A DNA stretch of 64,000 nt from Candidatus Latescibacterota bacterium (GTDB lineage: Bacteria > Latescibacterota > UBA2968 > UBA8231). This document shows, in pieces, positions 8,499 to 18,508 of this stretch (position 1 is its first letter; each line of letters begins with the position of its first letter). The notes below the pieces were generated by a model. It was not told the DNA's origin. It was given only the letters and a program-made list of their open reading frames with translations, and did no database searches. Position numbers and translations under genes: made by a program. The DNA lies in the NCBI GenBank assembly GCA_965208105.1, contig OZ242318.1, positions 2,240,001-2,304,000 of the forward strand, written 5' to 3'.

Positions 8499-9161
8499 AT
8501 GGCAGAAGTGGCTCCGGTGGAGCTGCCGAGGGAACGCCTGGCCAGGCACGGGGTCGAGGCGCTGAGGGACTGCGAGCTGCTGGCCATCTTGCTGGGCACG
8601 GGCTACCGGGGTCACAATGTCATGCAGGTGGCACAGGCCGTGCTCGACCGGCATCCGAAGGAGGAGCTGATCGCCATGCGACTGGAGGAGCTGAGCCGGC
8701 TGAAGGGACTGGGAAAAGTCAAGGCCGCTACCCTCGTGGCGGCCTTCGAGCTCGCCCGCCGTGGACTGCAACTGGGAATGGGGATCATGCCGGCCATTTC
8801 AACCCCGGCGGAAACCGTGCACCTGCTGGCTGAGATCAAGGACCAGCGCAAGGAATTCTTTCTTTGCCTCTACCTGAATGCGCGCAACCAGGTGATCCAC
8901 AAAGAGGTCATCTCCATCGGCAGTCTGTCGGCATCGATCGTGCACCCGCGCGAGGTCTTCCAGGTGGCGGTGCAGCACTCGGCCGCCGGGGTCATCCTGG
9001 CTCACAACCACCCATCGGGCGACGTGTCGCCGAGCAAAGACGATATCGACCTGACCAGGCGCCTGGTGCAGGCCGGCGACATCATGGGCATCGAGGTACT
9101 CGACCACATCATTATCGCCGCGGCCGATTTCCTCAGTCTCAAGGAGCGGCGGCTGATGTAG
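8499..9161 (+). CDS. radC: RadC family JAB-domain protein
   Basis: PRERL...G..AL.D.ELLAILL.TG, HhH segment, IG.L.ASIVHPREVF, HNHPSGD..PS..D, LDHII. Confidence 0.95.
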   Translation: MAEVAPVELPRERLARHGVEALRDCELLAILLGTGYRGHNVMQVAQAVLDRHPKEELIAMRLEELSRLKGLGKVKAATLVAAFELARRGLQLGMGIMPAISTPAETVHLLAEIKDQRKEFFLCLYLNARNQVIHKEVISIGSLSASIVHPREVFQVAVQHSAAGVILAHNHPSGDVSPSKDDIDLTRRLVQAGDIMGIEVLDHIIIAAADFLSLKERRLM

Positions 9162-9294
9162 GCCTGGCAGGACCGGGTATTGTATGCGGATTCAAATTTT
9201 ATTATTGTCTTTGAACAGGATGTTCGAGACAGGATCCGCCGTTCCCCCGTCCATTCGTCAGACCGAGGATTTGCTCCCGGCCAGGTAGGCGCCC

Positions 9295-10008
9295 ATGAAA
9301 CACGATGAAAAAGACCTGATACCGGTACAGATTCTCAGTATCTATCCGCAGGCTGAGCTGCAAAACGAAACCTTCATGGTTTTCCTCAAAAGCGAAAAGG
9401 ATAAGAGGATCGTTGCCATTACCATCGGCCGCAACGAAGGGCAGGCCCTGGTTCTGGCGGTGAAGCAGATCCCTCCTCCCCGCCCCTTGACGCACAATCT
9501 GTTGAGCGACTTCCTCGAGAAGATCAAGGCCAAGGTGCACAGGCTGGTCATTCACACCATGAAGGACGGAGTTTTCCACGCCTACTTGCTCGTTCAAACC
9601 TCGGAGCAGGTCCTCCATCTCCAGTGCCGGTCGAACGATGGGATAATCCTGGCCATCCTGATGGAGGTGCCGATCTACCTGAGCCCGGAGGTAATGGAGG
9701 AAGTCGGCCTTGAGTTCGAGCTGCCCGAGGTCTCCGAGTTGAACGCGGGTCTTGCCGGATTGATGGAAGGGCTGCAGATGAGCTCAAGCGGAGAGGCCGG
9801 CAAACCGGAGAAGCCAGGGCTGGAAGCGGAGGAGGGGAAGGTCGAGCCTGCCGGCGAGCCAGTCGCCGAAGTCGAGGCCGAGGAAGTGGTCGCCGGCAAG
9901 GACGAACTGGAAATACTCAAGGCCCAGCTCGACCGGCTCGTAGCCGAGGAAGCCTACGAGGAAGCCGCCAAGATCAGAGACCGGATCAGCGCCCTGGAAA
10001 GCAAGTAA
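9295..10008 (+). CDS. Bifunctional nuclease (DUF151) domain protein with C-terminal UvrB/UvrC motif
   Basis: I.IG..EG.A, PPRPLTH.L, GVFHA.L; acidic linker; L...VAEE.YEEAA.IRD.I. Confidence 0.85.
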   Translation: MKHDEKDLIPVQILSIYPQAELQNETFMVFLKSEKDKRIVAITIGRNEGQALVLAVKQIPPPRPLTHNLLSDFLEKIKAKVHRLVIHTMKDGVFHAYLLVQTSEQVLHLQCRSNDGIILAILMEVPIYLSPEVMEEVGLEFELPEVSELNAGLAGLMEGLQMSSSGEAGKPEKPGLEAEEGKVEPAGEPVAEVEAEEVVAGKDELEILKAQLDRLVAEEAYEEAAKIRDRISALESK

Positions 10009-10133
10009 GGCGAGGCAGTCCCCCCAGATCCTTCCGGTATCACATCCCAAAAATTCATCAGACCCGCCCTTCGTTCCCGGCACCGGGTCGCGACCTGAGA
10101 ACCTGCTTGCTTCCGGGCTGTCAGGGGGCCGAA

Positions 10134-10829
10134 TCAGTCGCTGCCCTCCAGCAGATAGGTCAGCACATCGGCCATCAGGCCGTTGATTGCCCGGTACCTG
10201 CCCCGGCCGGCCCCGAGGATGGTGGTCTCGGACTGTACATATCTGGACGGCGACAGTTCGTCGCGGCAGTTGGAGACCAGCGCCCGGGCCGATTCCGGCG
10301 TCGTCTCAAGGTGGAATTGCAGGCCGATAACGGAGCGGCCGAGCTGAAAGGCCTGGTTCTCACAGCCTGGGCTCCTGGCCAGCCGCACCGCCCCCGGCGG
10401 CAGGTCGAAGGTCTCGCCGTGCCAGTGGAATACCTCCACGGAGGAGGGGAAGCGGAATCCCGACCCCGCGCCGGACCCCACTCCCTGGATGGGAAACCAC
10501 CCGATCTCCTTGAAGCGATTCCCGAATACCCTGGCGCCCATGGAGCTGGCGATGAGCTGGGCCCCGAGGCAGACGCCCAGCACCGCCTTGCCGGCCTCGA
10601 TGGCTGCCCCGATGAACTGTTTTTCGCGGACGAGCCAGGGGAACTTCTTCTCATCGTTGACGCTCATGGGTCCGCCCATGGCAACGACCATATCCACGTC
10701 ATCGAGATCCGGCAGAATCTGAGATTCGAAAAAAGGGGTGCTGGTTATCTCGTAGCCCGCCTCCATGAACCAGGGCTCCATGCTCCCCAGACCTTCGAAC
10801 GGGACGTGCTGCAGGTAATGAACGCGCAT
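10134..10829 (-). CDS. Type 1 glutamine amidotransferase (GMP synthase-like, stand-alone)
   Basis: LQHVPFEGLG, MGGPMSVND, GVCLGAQL (Cys nucleophile), WHGETF, QFHLE (His-Glu). Confidence 0.92.
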   Translation of the reverse strand: MRVHYLQHVPFEGLGSMEPWFMEAGYEITSTPFFESQILPDLDDVDMVVAMGGPMSVNDEKKFPWLVREKQFIGAAIEAGKAVLGVCLGAQLIASSMGARVFGNRFKEIGWFPIQGVGSGAGSGFRFPSSVEVFHWHGETFDLPPGAVRLARSPGCENQAFQLGRSVIGLQFHLETTPESARALVSNCRDELSPSRYVQSETTILGAGRGRYRAINGLMADVLTYLLEGSD

Positions 10830-10860
10830 ACCCCACCTTTCTGTTGAATCGCCGCTCCCA

Positions 10861-13092
10861 TTATTTCAGATTGACGCTGACCACCTCGTGGATCTCCACT
10901 TTGGGCACCACGATGCTGCCGTCGCCGGCGACCTCCAGCTCCCGGTCCCTCATGGGTAGGGAAGCGCTGCGCACCTCGAAGGCGGGAAGGCGCACGATTA
11001 CGTCGTGGACCGGTGGGATCTCGTCCAGGTAGAAGTGGGTGCGGTGCTGCGCCACCGGCTGCGACCAGGGAAGGAAGGCGAGAGGATTGTTGAGCAGGTG
11101 AATGTTTATGGTCCCGGGCCCGAGCCGGGTCGCCGTCACCTCTATGGCTTTATGCGCCTGCACTTCTATGGGCTCCCGGGCCTGGCGCACCAGATAGGAG
11201 AGAAAGCGCCGCAGTTGGGGCAGGGGATGGCACTCGTAGCCCGCCCCCACGTCGCCGCAGATGTAGACGGCCGTGCCGCGGCCGAAGCTGTTGCTGGTGA
11301 CGGCCGGTTCCCCCGAATCGTAGTCCATTCCGGCGTAGAAGTTCTTGAGCGGGGCATCGCTTGTCCACCTCAGACTGCTCTTGGTGCAGAGGACCTGGGC
11401 GGCGCTGCCCGCTGGAACGGATACGGAGGACTGGGGCGCGCCGAAACAGACGGCCAGGCCGAAGCGGTCGCGCAACTCCCCGGTCTGGGGAACGTAGATA
11501 TTGCTCTCGTCCGCTTTGGCGATGCGGCCGTACCTCATCTCCTGGACCTGCCTGGTCTTCGCGTCGATTTCCTCGCCTTCGGCCGCCTCCGCAACGTGAT
11601 CGACGCCGAAGACGTCCGCGAGCAGGAAGTTGTCCCGTGCTTGGCCGAGCTCGTCGTAGAGCGAGGTCTGGTGCGTGGCGATCACCCTGCCGCCGCGCTC
11701 CACGAAGCGCCGGACGGCGTCTCCTTCGGCGCTGGAGAGACAGGCGCTGTTGGACAGGAAGAGGACCTCGTAGCCCTCCAGGGCATCGCCTTCCAGTTGG
11801 CGGTCGAACACGTACTCCATGAGGAACTGGGAGCGGCTCAGGATTTCGTGGCCGCCGCGCAAAAGCTGCCAGTAGCGGTCGGGCTCGTTGCGGTAGGCCG
11901 GGGCGAAGTCGCGGGTCTGCTGCGATACGTGCAGGGCGAGATACTTTACCGTCTCGTCTCCAACGTGGTCGCGCAGCCTGAGGAGCTCGGAGAAGACCGA
12001 TTTCAAGGTGTCGCCATAGAGGGTATGCTCGCCGGCATCGAGGCAGGTGGTGACCGAAGCGCCGCCGTGGGCGACCGCGGTCAGGCCGTAGATCATCGCC
12101 GAGTAGGGCTCGGGATAGGGCGCGCTGTGGGAGACGCAGTCCACCAGGGACTGGGTCGCCCACAGCCAGATGCCGAAGGGGACCCCCGTGGCCTGGCAGA
12201 TCTTGGTCGGCACGCCCGGACCCATGTTGTCGAGGCCTGCCTCCACGAACAGGCGGGTTCCCATGTCCATGGGATTGAGCGGGTGGCCCGTCATCCAGCC
12301 GATGTCGGGTCTGCCGTAGGGGCGGCAGTAGTAGTTGAAGTCGACGATGGCGTCGGGATGGCGCTGGTGCAGCTTCCGGGTGAAATGCTCCATAGCTTCG
12401 ACGAATTTTTCGTAGCGCCAGTTGACGAAGCGCCTGAAATCCGCCGAGTCCATGTCCACCTTGACCTGCAGCTCGCGACCCGTCTCCCTGCGGTAGAGAT
12501 CGCGGCAGTAGGAGCAGTGGCAGCCGCCGGTGCGGCGCTGGTTGTGGTCCGAGTGCGACCCCCAGTTCATGTCGTCGAAGTAGATCCCGTCGAAGTCGAG
12601 ATGGTCGAGGATCTCGCTCAGGTACTCCGGCAGCCAGTCGCGGAAGGGCGAGTTCCAGCAGAACCAGCCCTCGTTCCAGACCTCTTCGCCGCCGTCGTCG
12701 AGCATCTGGATCATCCACTCGGGACGGAGATCGGCCAACTGGTAGTTGAAGATGAAAGGGTAGTAGGTCAAAACGATCATGCCCTTTTCGTGGGCCATGT
12801 CCAGAAAGCGCGGAATCGCCTCCAGGTCCAACTCGTCGGGCGGGGTGAGAATCTTCGACGGGTAGAGGGGGATTCCCCGGGTCCTGAATCCGGATATGGC
12901 CCAGACCTCGGTGCCCGCCGCGTGGATGGCCTCGACCTCCTCTTCCATGGAAGGACAGGGAACGGACTCGTCCACCGGACCCAATATCCTGTCCGGGGCG
13001 AGGCACCTGGGGTAGTGCTCTATGCGGCAGACTCGTTTGTCGTAGGGCATCGCCTGCAGACGCTGGGCGGTTGATCCTTTGCCATGCTCCAT
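10861..13092 (-). CDS. Glycoside hydrolase-like protein (GHL6/GH42-like barrel plus beta-galactosidase trimerisation domain)
   Basis: 743 aa; CWNSPFR, DFDGIYFD, C.C..C Zn motif, class-I GATase-like trimerisation segment (FVERGG.VIA..TSLYDE.G). Confidence 0.75.
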   Translation of the reverse strand: MEHGKGSTAQRLQAMPYDKRVCRIEHYPRCLAPDRILGPVDESVPCPSMEEEVEAIHAAGTEVWAISGFRTRGIPLYPSKILTPPDELDLEAIPRFLDMAHEKGMIVLTYYPFIFNYQLADLRPEWMIQMLDDGGEEVWNEGWFCWNSPFRDWLPEYLSEILDHLDFDGIYFDDMNWGSHSDHNQRRTGGCHCSYCRDLYRRETGRELQVKVDMDSADFRRFVNWRYEKFVEAMEHFTRKLHQRHPDAIVDFNYYCRPYGRPDIGWMTGHPLNPMDMGTRLFVEAGLDNMGPGVPTKICQATGVPFGIWLWATQSLVDCVSHSAPYPEPYSAMIYGLTAVAHGGASVTTCLDAGEHTLYGDTLKSVFSELLRLRDHVGDETVKYLALHVSQQTRDFAPAYRNEPDRYWQLLRGGHEILSRSQFLMEYVFDRQLEGDALEGYEVLFLSNSACLSSAEGDAVRRFVERGGRVIATHQTSLYDELGQARDNFLLADVFGVDHVAEAAEGEEIDAKTRQVQEMRYGRIAKADESNIYVPQTGELRDRFGLAVCFGAPQSSVSVPAGSAAQVLCTKSSLRWTSDAPLKNFYAGMDYDSGEPAVTSNSFGRGTAVYICGDVGAGYECHPLPQLRRFLSYLVRQAREPIEVQAHKAIEVTATRLGPGTINIHLLNNPLAFLPWSQPVAQHRTHFYLDEIPPVHDVIVRLPAFEVRSASLPMRDRELEVAGDGSIVVPKVEIHEVVSVNLK

Positions 13093-13283
13093 GTCTGGTC
13101 CTTCCGGGAATGGAATCCGGCTCGACTGCCGGTTTCAGGCGCAAGTATATCCCGGCCCAGGAGCAGCGTCAAGTGCGCTTTCCGGATGGGTGGAAGTATT
13201 TACATTGCGCCGGAAAATGGCCAATATCTATCTCACCCGAGCACCGCGAAACACACCACCACTCAGCCGAGGGGCAGCGCCCA

Positions 13284-14294
13284 ATGACCGATCCCAGGCC
13301 CGTCAAATGGGGCATACTCAGCACCGCCAGAATCGGCGTCACCGCCTTCATCCCCTCGGCCCGCGCAACTCCCGGCGCCTTGGTCCAGGCGGTGGCCAGC
13401 CGCAGCCAGGACACCGCCGACGCCTTCGCCCGGAAGCACCAGGTCCCGGTCGCCCTGGGCAGCTACCAGGCCCTTCTCGACCACCCCGAGGTCGACGCGG
13501 TCTACATCTCCCTGCCCAACTCGCTGCACGCCGAATGGACCATCAAGGCCGCCCAGGCCGGCAAGCACGTCTTCTGCGAAAAGCCCCTGGGCCTCACCGC
13601 GGAGGAGGGCCGGCGGATGGTGGACGCCTGCCGCCGGGCCGGGGTGCTGCTCTTCGAGGCTTTCGTCTTCCTGCACCATCCCCAGAGCCGGCGCCTCAGG
13701 GAAATCATCGCGGCGGGAGAAATAGGCGCCCTGCGCCACATCAACGCCGGCATGACCTTCCTCCTGGACAGGCCGGGCGACATCCGCCTCAACCCTGAGC
13801 TGGGCGGCGGCTGCATCTACGACGGCGGGGTATATCCCATCACCTTCTCCCGCTTCATCGCCGGCGCCGAGCCCCTCAGCGTCCAGGCCCACATGCGCTT
13901 CCACCCCGAGGCCGGGGTGGATGTGGCCACCTCGCTCATCCTGGAGTACCCCGATGGTCTCACCGCCACCCTGTACTGCGGCTTCGAGGGCCGCGGCGGT
14001 TCCCACGCCCATATTACCGGGGACCGCGGCCGCCTGGTGGTGCCCGTTCCCTACCATCCCGGCACCGAGGACGGATTCGAGGTGGTCATCGGCCCCAACG
14101 AGAACTGCCTGAGACGCACCGAGACCCTGCGCACCGGCGTGCCGCCCTTCCAGCCCGCCATCGACTTCTTCCAGCAATGCCTGCGTGGAGAGGAGACCCC
14201 CGCCTACATGGCCGACCACGCCGAAGGCACGCTCAAGGTGGTCGAAGCCGCCTTCGAGTCGGCGCGCAGCGGACGGCGGGTGGAGCTGGCCTGA
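13284..14294 (+). CDS. Gfo/Idh/MocA family oxidoreductase
   Basis: WGILSTARIG, DAVYISLPNSLH.EW, GKHVFCEKP, GGG...D.G.Y. Confidence 0.93.
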   Translation: MTDPRPVKWGILSTARIGVTAFIPSARATPGALVQAVASRSQDTADAFARKHQVPVALGSYQALLDHPEVDAVYISLPNSLHAEWTIKAAQAGKHVFCEKPLGLTAEEGRRMVDACRRAGVLLFEAFVFLHHPQSRRLREIIAAGEIGALRHINAGMTFLLDRPGDIRLNPELGGGCIYDGGVYPITFSRFIAGAEPLSVQAHMRFHPEAGVDVATSLILEYPDGLTATLYCGFEGRGGSHAHITGDRGRLVVPVPYHPGTEDGFEVVIGPNENCLRRTETLRTGVPPFQPAIDFFQQCLRGEETPAYMADHAEGTLKVVEAAFESARSGRRVELA

Positions 14295-14367
14295 GAGAAC
14301 GGGGAAGATCGTTACCAGGACCGGAGGGAGCGGGACGGGGGAACTTCAATCGGAAGAAGAGGGCCCG

Positions 14368-16584
14368 CTACTCCGCCACCTCGACCAGGAGCACCTCGTG
14401 CAGCTCCACCTGCGGGACCACCACCCGCGCCGGCTCTCCACTCACTTCCAGAGATATATCCTGCAATGGCAGCCGCGCCGACTTGACCTCGAAGTCGTTG
14501 AAGCGGATGGTGACGTTGTGAATGGGATTCACTTCCTGGAGAGCAAAGAAGGTGGTCATGTCCCTTCCCACCCGCGAATCTTCGCCGATGCGCCAGGGCA
14601 GCAGGGGGGTGGGATTGTTCACCAGGTGGACCATCAGCTCCCCCGAGCTGCGGCGGGCGGCGGTGGCCTCTATGGCCTCCGGGGCCTCAATCTCGACGGG
14701 GGGCCTGGTTTTCCGCACCAGGTGGGCAAGAAATCTCTTCAGCGGCGGGTAGGGGTTGTTCATGTAGGCGCTGCCCACGTCGCCGCCGATGTATATGGCC
14801 CGCCCCCTGCCGCAGCGATGCAGGGTGACGGTTGGCTCGAAGGTGTCGTGGCCCCCGTCGGGTTCGAAGTTGTCGAGGGGGTCCTTGCCCCAGACCGTGC
14901 CGTTTTTCCACGGCGGTTCGGCCTTGAGGCTGCTTCGGGTGCAGAGGACCTCGACCTCGGCCCCGGGGCGCGGGCGCACTGCCGACTCCTCTCCTGAAAA
15001 ACAGACCACGTGGCCGAGCTCCCGGCGCATGTCCTTATCGTGGGGCAGGTAGATGACCGGGTGGGCTTCCCCCTCGTTCTGCCGGGCGCCCCTGTAGTCC
15101 ACTCCCAGCACCTCGGCCAGGGCGAAGTTGTCCCGCCTGCGGCCCAACTCGTCAAGCAGGGAGGTCTCGTGGGCGGCAACGAGGGTACCGCCGTCTTCGA
15201 CGAACTTCCCGATCGCCGCGCACTGCTTCTCGGAGAGGCAGGTGCTGGTTGAGAGAACCAGCACTTTGTACTGGGACAGGGTCTCCCACGCGAGATTCTC
15301 GTCAAGGACGAGGTCGAGCAATACGTGCGAGCGGTTGAGCATCTCGTAGGCGCCGAGGGCGTCCTTCTGCCCCAGCTCGCCGCGGTGCGCCCGCCGCCAG
15401 TTGCGGTGCAGCTCCGAGGGCCGGAAGTCCCTGCTCTGCTGGGAGTAGTGCAGGGCGGCGTACTTGACCGTGTCCCCCTCGATGTAGTCCGCCCTCTGCT
15501 TGAGCTCGGTGAAGAGCCACTGCATGGTTTCCTTCTGGATGGCGAGGGGATGCCCGATGGGAAGACCGCAGGGCTGGCCTCCGTTGGCTACGGCCGAAAA
15601 GGAGAAGACCGCCGCGGAAAAGCGCTCGGCGTAGGGGGCGGCGCCGAATCCCTCCAGGGTCTGGCAGAGGTTGCGGAAGACGGAGAAGGGCGCCCCGGTG
15701 GACCGCAGCACCTTGGCCACCAGGCCGGGCTCGCGCAGGGACCGCCCGGTGCAGTCGAAGAGGTATGCGCCGGCCTTCTCGATGTGGAGGGGGTTGAGAG
15801 GATGCCCGAGGGACCAGTCCGCGGTGGGCTCCATGTAGGTCTGCACCTCGAGGATGGCCTCGGGATGTTTCTCCCTGATCCTGCCCAGCAGGTGGAGGAT
15901 GAAGTCCCTGAACTTGGCGTAGCGCCAGTTGACGAAATGCCTGAAATCGACCGAGTCGAAGTCCACCCTGCGGGGTATCTCCAGCCCCGTCTCCGCGGCA
16001 AAGAGCTTCTCGCAGTAGCGGCAGCAGCAGGAGGGATACCACGGTCCCTTCTCGTGCGACCCCCAGTTGAGATCGTCGAAGTAGAGCCCGTCCAGGTCGA
16101 GATTGTCGAGCGTCTCGTTGAGGTACTCGGGGAGCCAGTCGCGGAAGGGAGAGTTGAAGCAGAACCAGCCCAGGTTCTCCTCCGGCGGCCTGCCGTCGTC
16201 CAGCATCTGCATCAGCCACTCCGGGCGCAGGAGCTTGAGCGGCTTGCAGTAGTTGACGGCGTAGTAGCCGATGAGGATCATGCCCTTGCGGTGGGCCGCC
16301 TCCAGGTACCTGGGCAGGAGCTCCTGGTCGACGTTGGGATGAGGCGGGAGCATGCGGGAGCGGAAACGGGGCGTGCCCCGGTCGATGACCGGGAGCACCA
16401 CCTGCACCTCCAGGCCCACCTCGTGGATGGCCTCGACGAAATCCTGAATGGCTTCTTCCGCGCCGGGAGCGGCGCAGGCGGGCGGCAGATAGGACAGGCA
16501 TTCCGGGTAGAACTCCGCCCGGCACACTCGCTTTTCGTAGGGCAACTGCCGCAACCTCCGGGAGGTCGAGCCGACTCGCTTCAT
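14368..16584 (-). CDS. Glycoside hydrolase-like protein, paralog of 10861..13092
   Basis: 738 aa; GWFCFNSPFRDWLPEYL, DGLYFDD.NWGSH, CCCRYC; same domain order as the paralog. Confidence 0.75.
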   Translation of the reverse strand: MKRVGSTSRRLRQLPYEKRVCRAEFYPECLSYLPPACAAPGAEEAIQDFVEAIHEVGLEVQVVLPVIDRGTPRFRSRMLPPHPNVDQELLPRYLEAAHRKGMILIGYYAVNYCKPLKLLRPEWLMQMLDDGRPPEENLGWFCFNSPFRDWLPEYLNETLDNLDLDGLYFDDLNWGSHEKGPWYPSCCCRYCEKLFAAETGLEIPRRVDFDSVDFRHFVNWRYAKFRDFILHLLGRIREKHPEAILEVQTYMEPTADWSLGHPLNPLHIEKAGAYLFDCTGRSLREPGLVAKVLRSTGAPFSVFRNLCQTLEGFGAAPYAERFSAAVFSFSAVANGGQPCGLPIGHPLAIQKETMQWLFTELKQRADYIEGDTVKYAALHYSQQSRDFRPSELHRNWRRAHRGELGQKDALGAYEMLNRSHVLLDLVLDENLAWETLSQYKVLVLSTSTCLSEKQCAAIGKFVEDGGTLVAAHETSLLDELGRRRDNFALAEVLGVDYRGARQNEGEAHPVIYLPHDKDMRRELGHVVCFSGEESAVRPRPGAEVEVLCTRSSLKAEPPWKNGTVWGKDPLDNFEPDGGHDTFEPTVTLHRCGRGRAIYIGGDVGSAYMNNPYPPLKRFLAHLVRKTRPPVEIEAPEAIEATAARRSSGELMVHLVNNPTPLLPWRIGEDSRVGRDMTTFFALQEVNPIHNVTIRFNDFEVKSARLPLQDISLEVSGEPARVVVPQVELHEVLLVEVAE

Positions 16585-16603
16585 CTCTCACCTGTCTTTC
16601 GGG

Positions 16604-16684
16604 AGCGTTGGGTATTCAGGCGGACGGCCATCCTCGCCCGACTGGTATCCGGTTACCGATAGCGTTGGGTATTCAGGCGGACGG
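16604..16684. repeat. Two perfect 24-bp direct repeats, 33 bp apart
   Basis: AGCGTTGGGTATTCAGGCGGACGG at 16604-16627 and 16661-16684. Confidence 0.9.
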
Positions 16685-16726
16685 ACCTTGTCCTCCGGAT
16701 TGTAGTGCCCGCTGGCCTGGCTTCCC

Positions 16727-17545
16727 TTATCGCGGCAGCAGCTCGCGCAGGTGGGCGGCGGCGCGGGCGATGACCTCCCGGTCTCCGCAGGAGTTGACCC
16801 CCCTGCCCTCGAACACCACCTCCATGATGCCGTTGAACCCGGCGTCCGCCAGAATCGCGACGATGCGCTCGTAATCCAGCCACTCCTCCCGGCCGCTGTC
16901 GATCTTGAAGAACTTTGCCCGGACATGGGTGGCGTAGGGCGCGGTCTGCTCCATGAAGCGGTAGATCCGGTCCCCCGCAGTCGGTCCGGGAGGATCGCCG
17001 TAGGCGGCGCAGCCGGTCCACTGTCCGGTGTCCAGAATGTGGGTGAAGTTGTCCCGGTCGACCTGCTCCAGGAGCCGCAGGATGTTGTCTCCGCTGCATG
17101 GGTGATTCTGCAGGCCGACGATGACGCCCCTGTCGGCGGCGATGTCGCAGCACTCCCGCAGGCAGCGGATCTCCGCTTCCTGCTCCCCTGTGCTCCCGGG
17201 TTTCTCGCCGCAGAACACGCGGATGGCCGGGGCTCCGAGAAGGACTGCCCTCTCGATATCCTCCGCCACGAAGTCGATCTTGGCCCGGAGCTCCTCCTCG
17301 GGACCGGTGAAATGCCCCCGCGAGGCCAGGTAGCCGATGGGCAGTCCCGACTGGTGGCAGCGCAGCTTCAGGTCCAGCAGCTGCTGCCTTCCCCCTCTGC
17401 CTACGCTCCCGAAGCCCACGTCGCTGCGGAAGTCGATGGCGTCCAGCCTCAGCTCGCGGGCCAGATCGACAAAGCCGTCGACGCTCTCCAGCTCCGGGGA
17501 GTCCCCCTTGCCGAACATGGACGAGTAGAGGCCCACCTTAATCAC
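16727..17545 (-). CDS. Sugar phosphate isomerase/epimerase (TIM barrel)
   Basis: LGAPAIRVF.G, LQNH, LDTGQW, H..AK, LDY.RIV.IL...GF.G...V.FEG. Confidence 0.85.
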   Translation of the reverse strand: MIKVGLYSSMFGKGDSPELESVDGFVDLARELRLDAIDFRSDVGFGSVGRGGRQQLLDLKLRCHQSGLPIGYLASRGHFTGPEEELRAKIDFVAEDIERAVLLGAPAIRVFCGEKPGSTGEQEAEIRCLRECCDIAADRGVIVGLQNHPCSGDNILRLLEQVDRDNFTHILDTGQWTGCAAYGDPPGPTAGDRIYRFMEQTAPYATHVRAKFFKIDSGREEWLDYERIVAILADAGFNGIMEVVFEGRGVNSCGDREVIARAAAHLRELLPR

Positions 17546-17632
17546 GATGGCACCACCACCGGGGCCCGTTCCAAGCCGCCATGTCCGGAGAGCCGCCCGC
17601 GGAGCAGGCCGGCAGATCCTGAAAGAGCGCTT

Positions 17633-18508
17633 TCACGCCCACTTCTCCCGCTCCCACTGCTTCTCCGATATCCGTTCCACGTACTCTTCACCCTTGTGCT
17701 CCAGCAGCCACGCCTTCAGCGGCACGTCGGCGTCGGTGGGCTGCCACCACCCTTTCACGTCGACCCCGTCGCCGAGCAACTGGCGCCGGATCGGGCCGCA
17801 TTTGGCCAGGATCTCCGGGGGCATGAGGTTGTAATCGAGACCGCGCAGCCAGCGGTAGCTGTAGCCCAGGAACAGCACCTTGCGGGTCACCTCGGAGGTG
17901 TTGGTGCCGCGCGCGTGCCACATGCGCCGGTCGAAGAGCACCGCGGTTCCCGCCTTTACCTGAACCTGCAGCGCCCCCTCCGGATCGGCCTGGGGCTCGG
18001 AGTCCGGCGGGCGGTCGCGCCTGTGACTCCCCGGGACGATGCGGATGCCGCCGCGCTCCGGCTCGTCGATGTCCGTCAGCCAGAAGGCCACCTTCAACGA
18101 CAGGCGCGGATGCGGGCGCTCCATTTCCGGCACCGGGCGGCCGCCGTCCTGGTGCCAGTGGCGGCGCCGGTCCGGTTTGCCGTCGGGCTCGGGGGGATAG
18201 TAGATCAGGTGGGAAATGTAGTGCTGCACGTTCCAGCCGAGAATGTCCCAGATCAGCGGAAAGGTCCGGGGCCAGTCGAGGAGCTCCAGGAAGACCTCGT
18301 CCTCGACGATGGCGCGGAACTTGCTGAGGACGCCGTGGTCCCCCAGCTTTCGAGTCCGGCGCTCGCGCCGGTCCACGCGGTCGGCGGCCGCGGTCAGGCG
18401 CCCGATCATTTCGGCATCCAGGGCGTTTTCGATGACCAGGTATCCTTCCTGGTCGAAGAAGTCGCGTTGCGCCGCGGTCATGCAGTACTGCAGGCAGCCG
18501 GCATCCAT
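17633..18508 (-). CDS. Phytanoyl-CoA dioxygenase (PhyH)-family Fe(II)/2OG oxygenase
   Basis: F.QEGYLVIENAL, WHQD (HxD), VPGSH, AGTAVLFD.R.WH. Confidence 0.9.
   Translation of the reverse strand: MDAGCLQYCMTAAQRDFFDQEGYLVIENALDAEMIGRLTAAADRVDRRERRTRKLGDHGVLSKFRAIVEDEVFLELLDWPRTFPLIWDILGWNVQHYISHLIYYPPEPDGKPDRRRHWHQDGGRPVPEMERPHPRLSLKVAFWLTDIDEPERGGIRIVPGSHRRDRPPDSEPQADPEGALQVQVKAGTAVLFDRRMWHARGTNTSEVTRKVLFLGYSYRWLRGLDYNLMPPEILAKCGPIRRQLLGDGVDVKGWWQPTDADVPLKAWLLEHKGEEYVERISEKQWEREKWA

Noticed and set aside
11005-13144. Long antisense or alternative-frame ORFs (e.g. 11005..13074+, 11150..13144-, 3253..4977-, 4730..6271-, 16751..18523+, 46098..47945-)
   Set aside because: They overlap well-supported genes, lack motifs, and are the expected shadow ORFs of high-GC DNA.
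16540-16584. Tat signal (SRRL) on the GH-like protein
   Set aside because: No hydrophobic h-region, and the paralog has QR at this position.
16604-16684. CRISPR array call
   Set aside because: Only two repeats, no leader, no cas genes, and no palindromic or GAAA(C/G)-type end; kept as a plain repeat.
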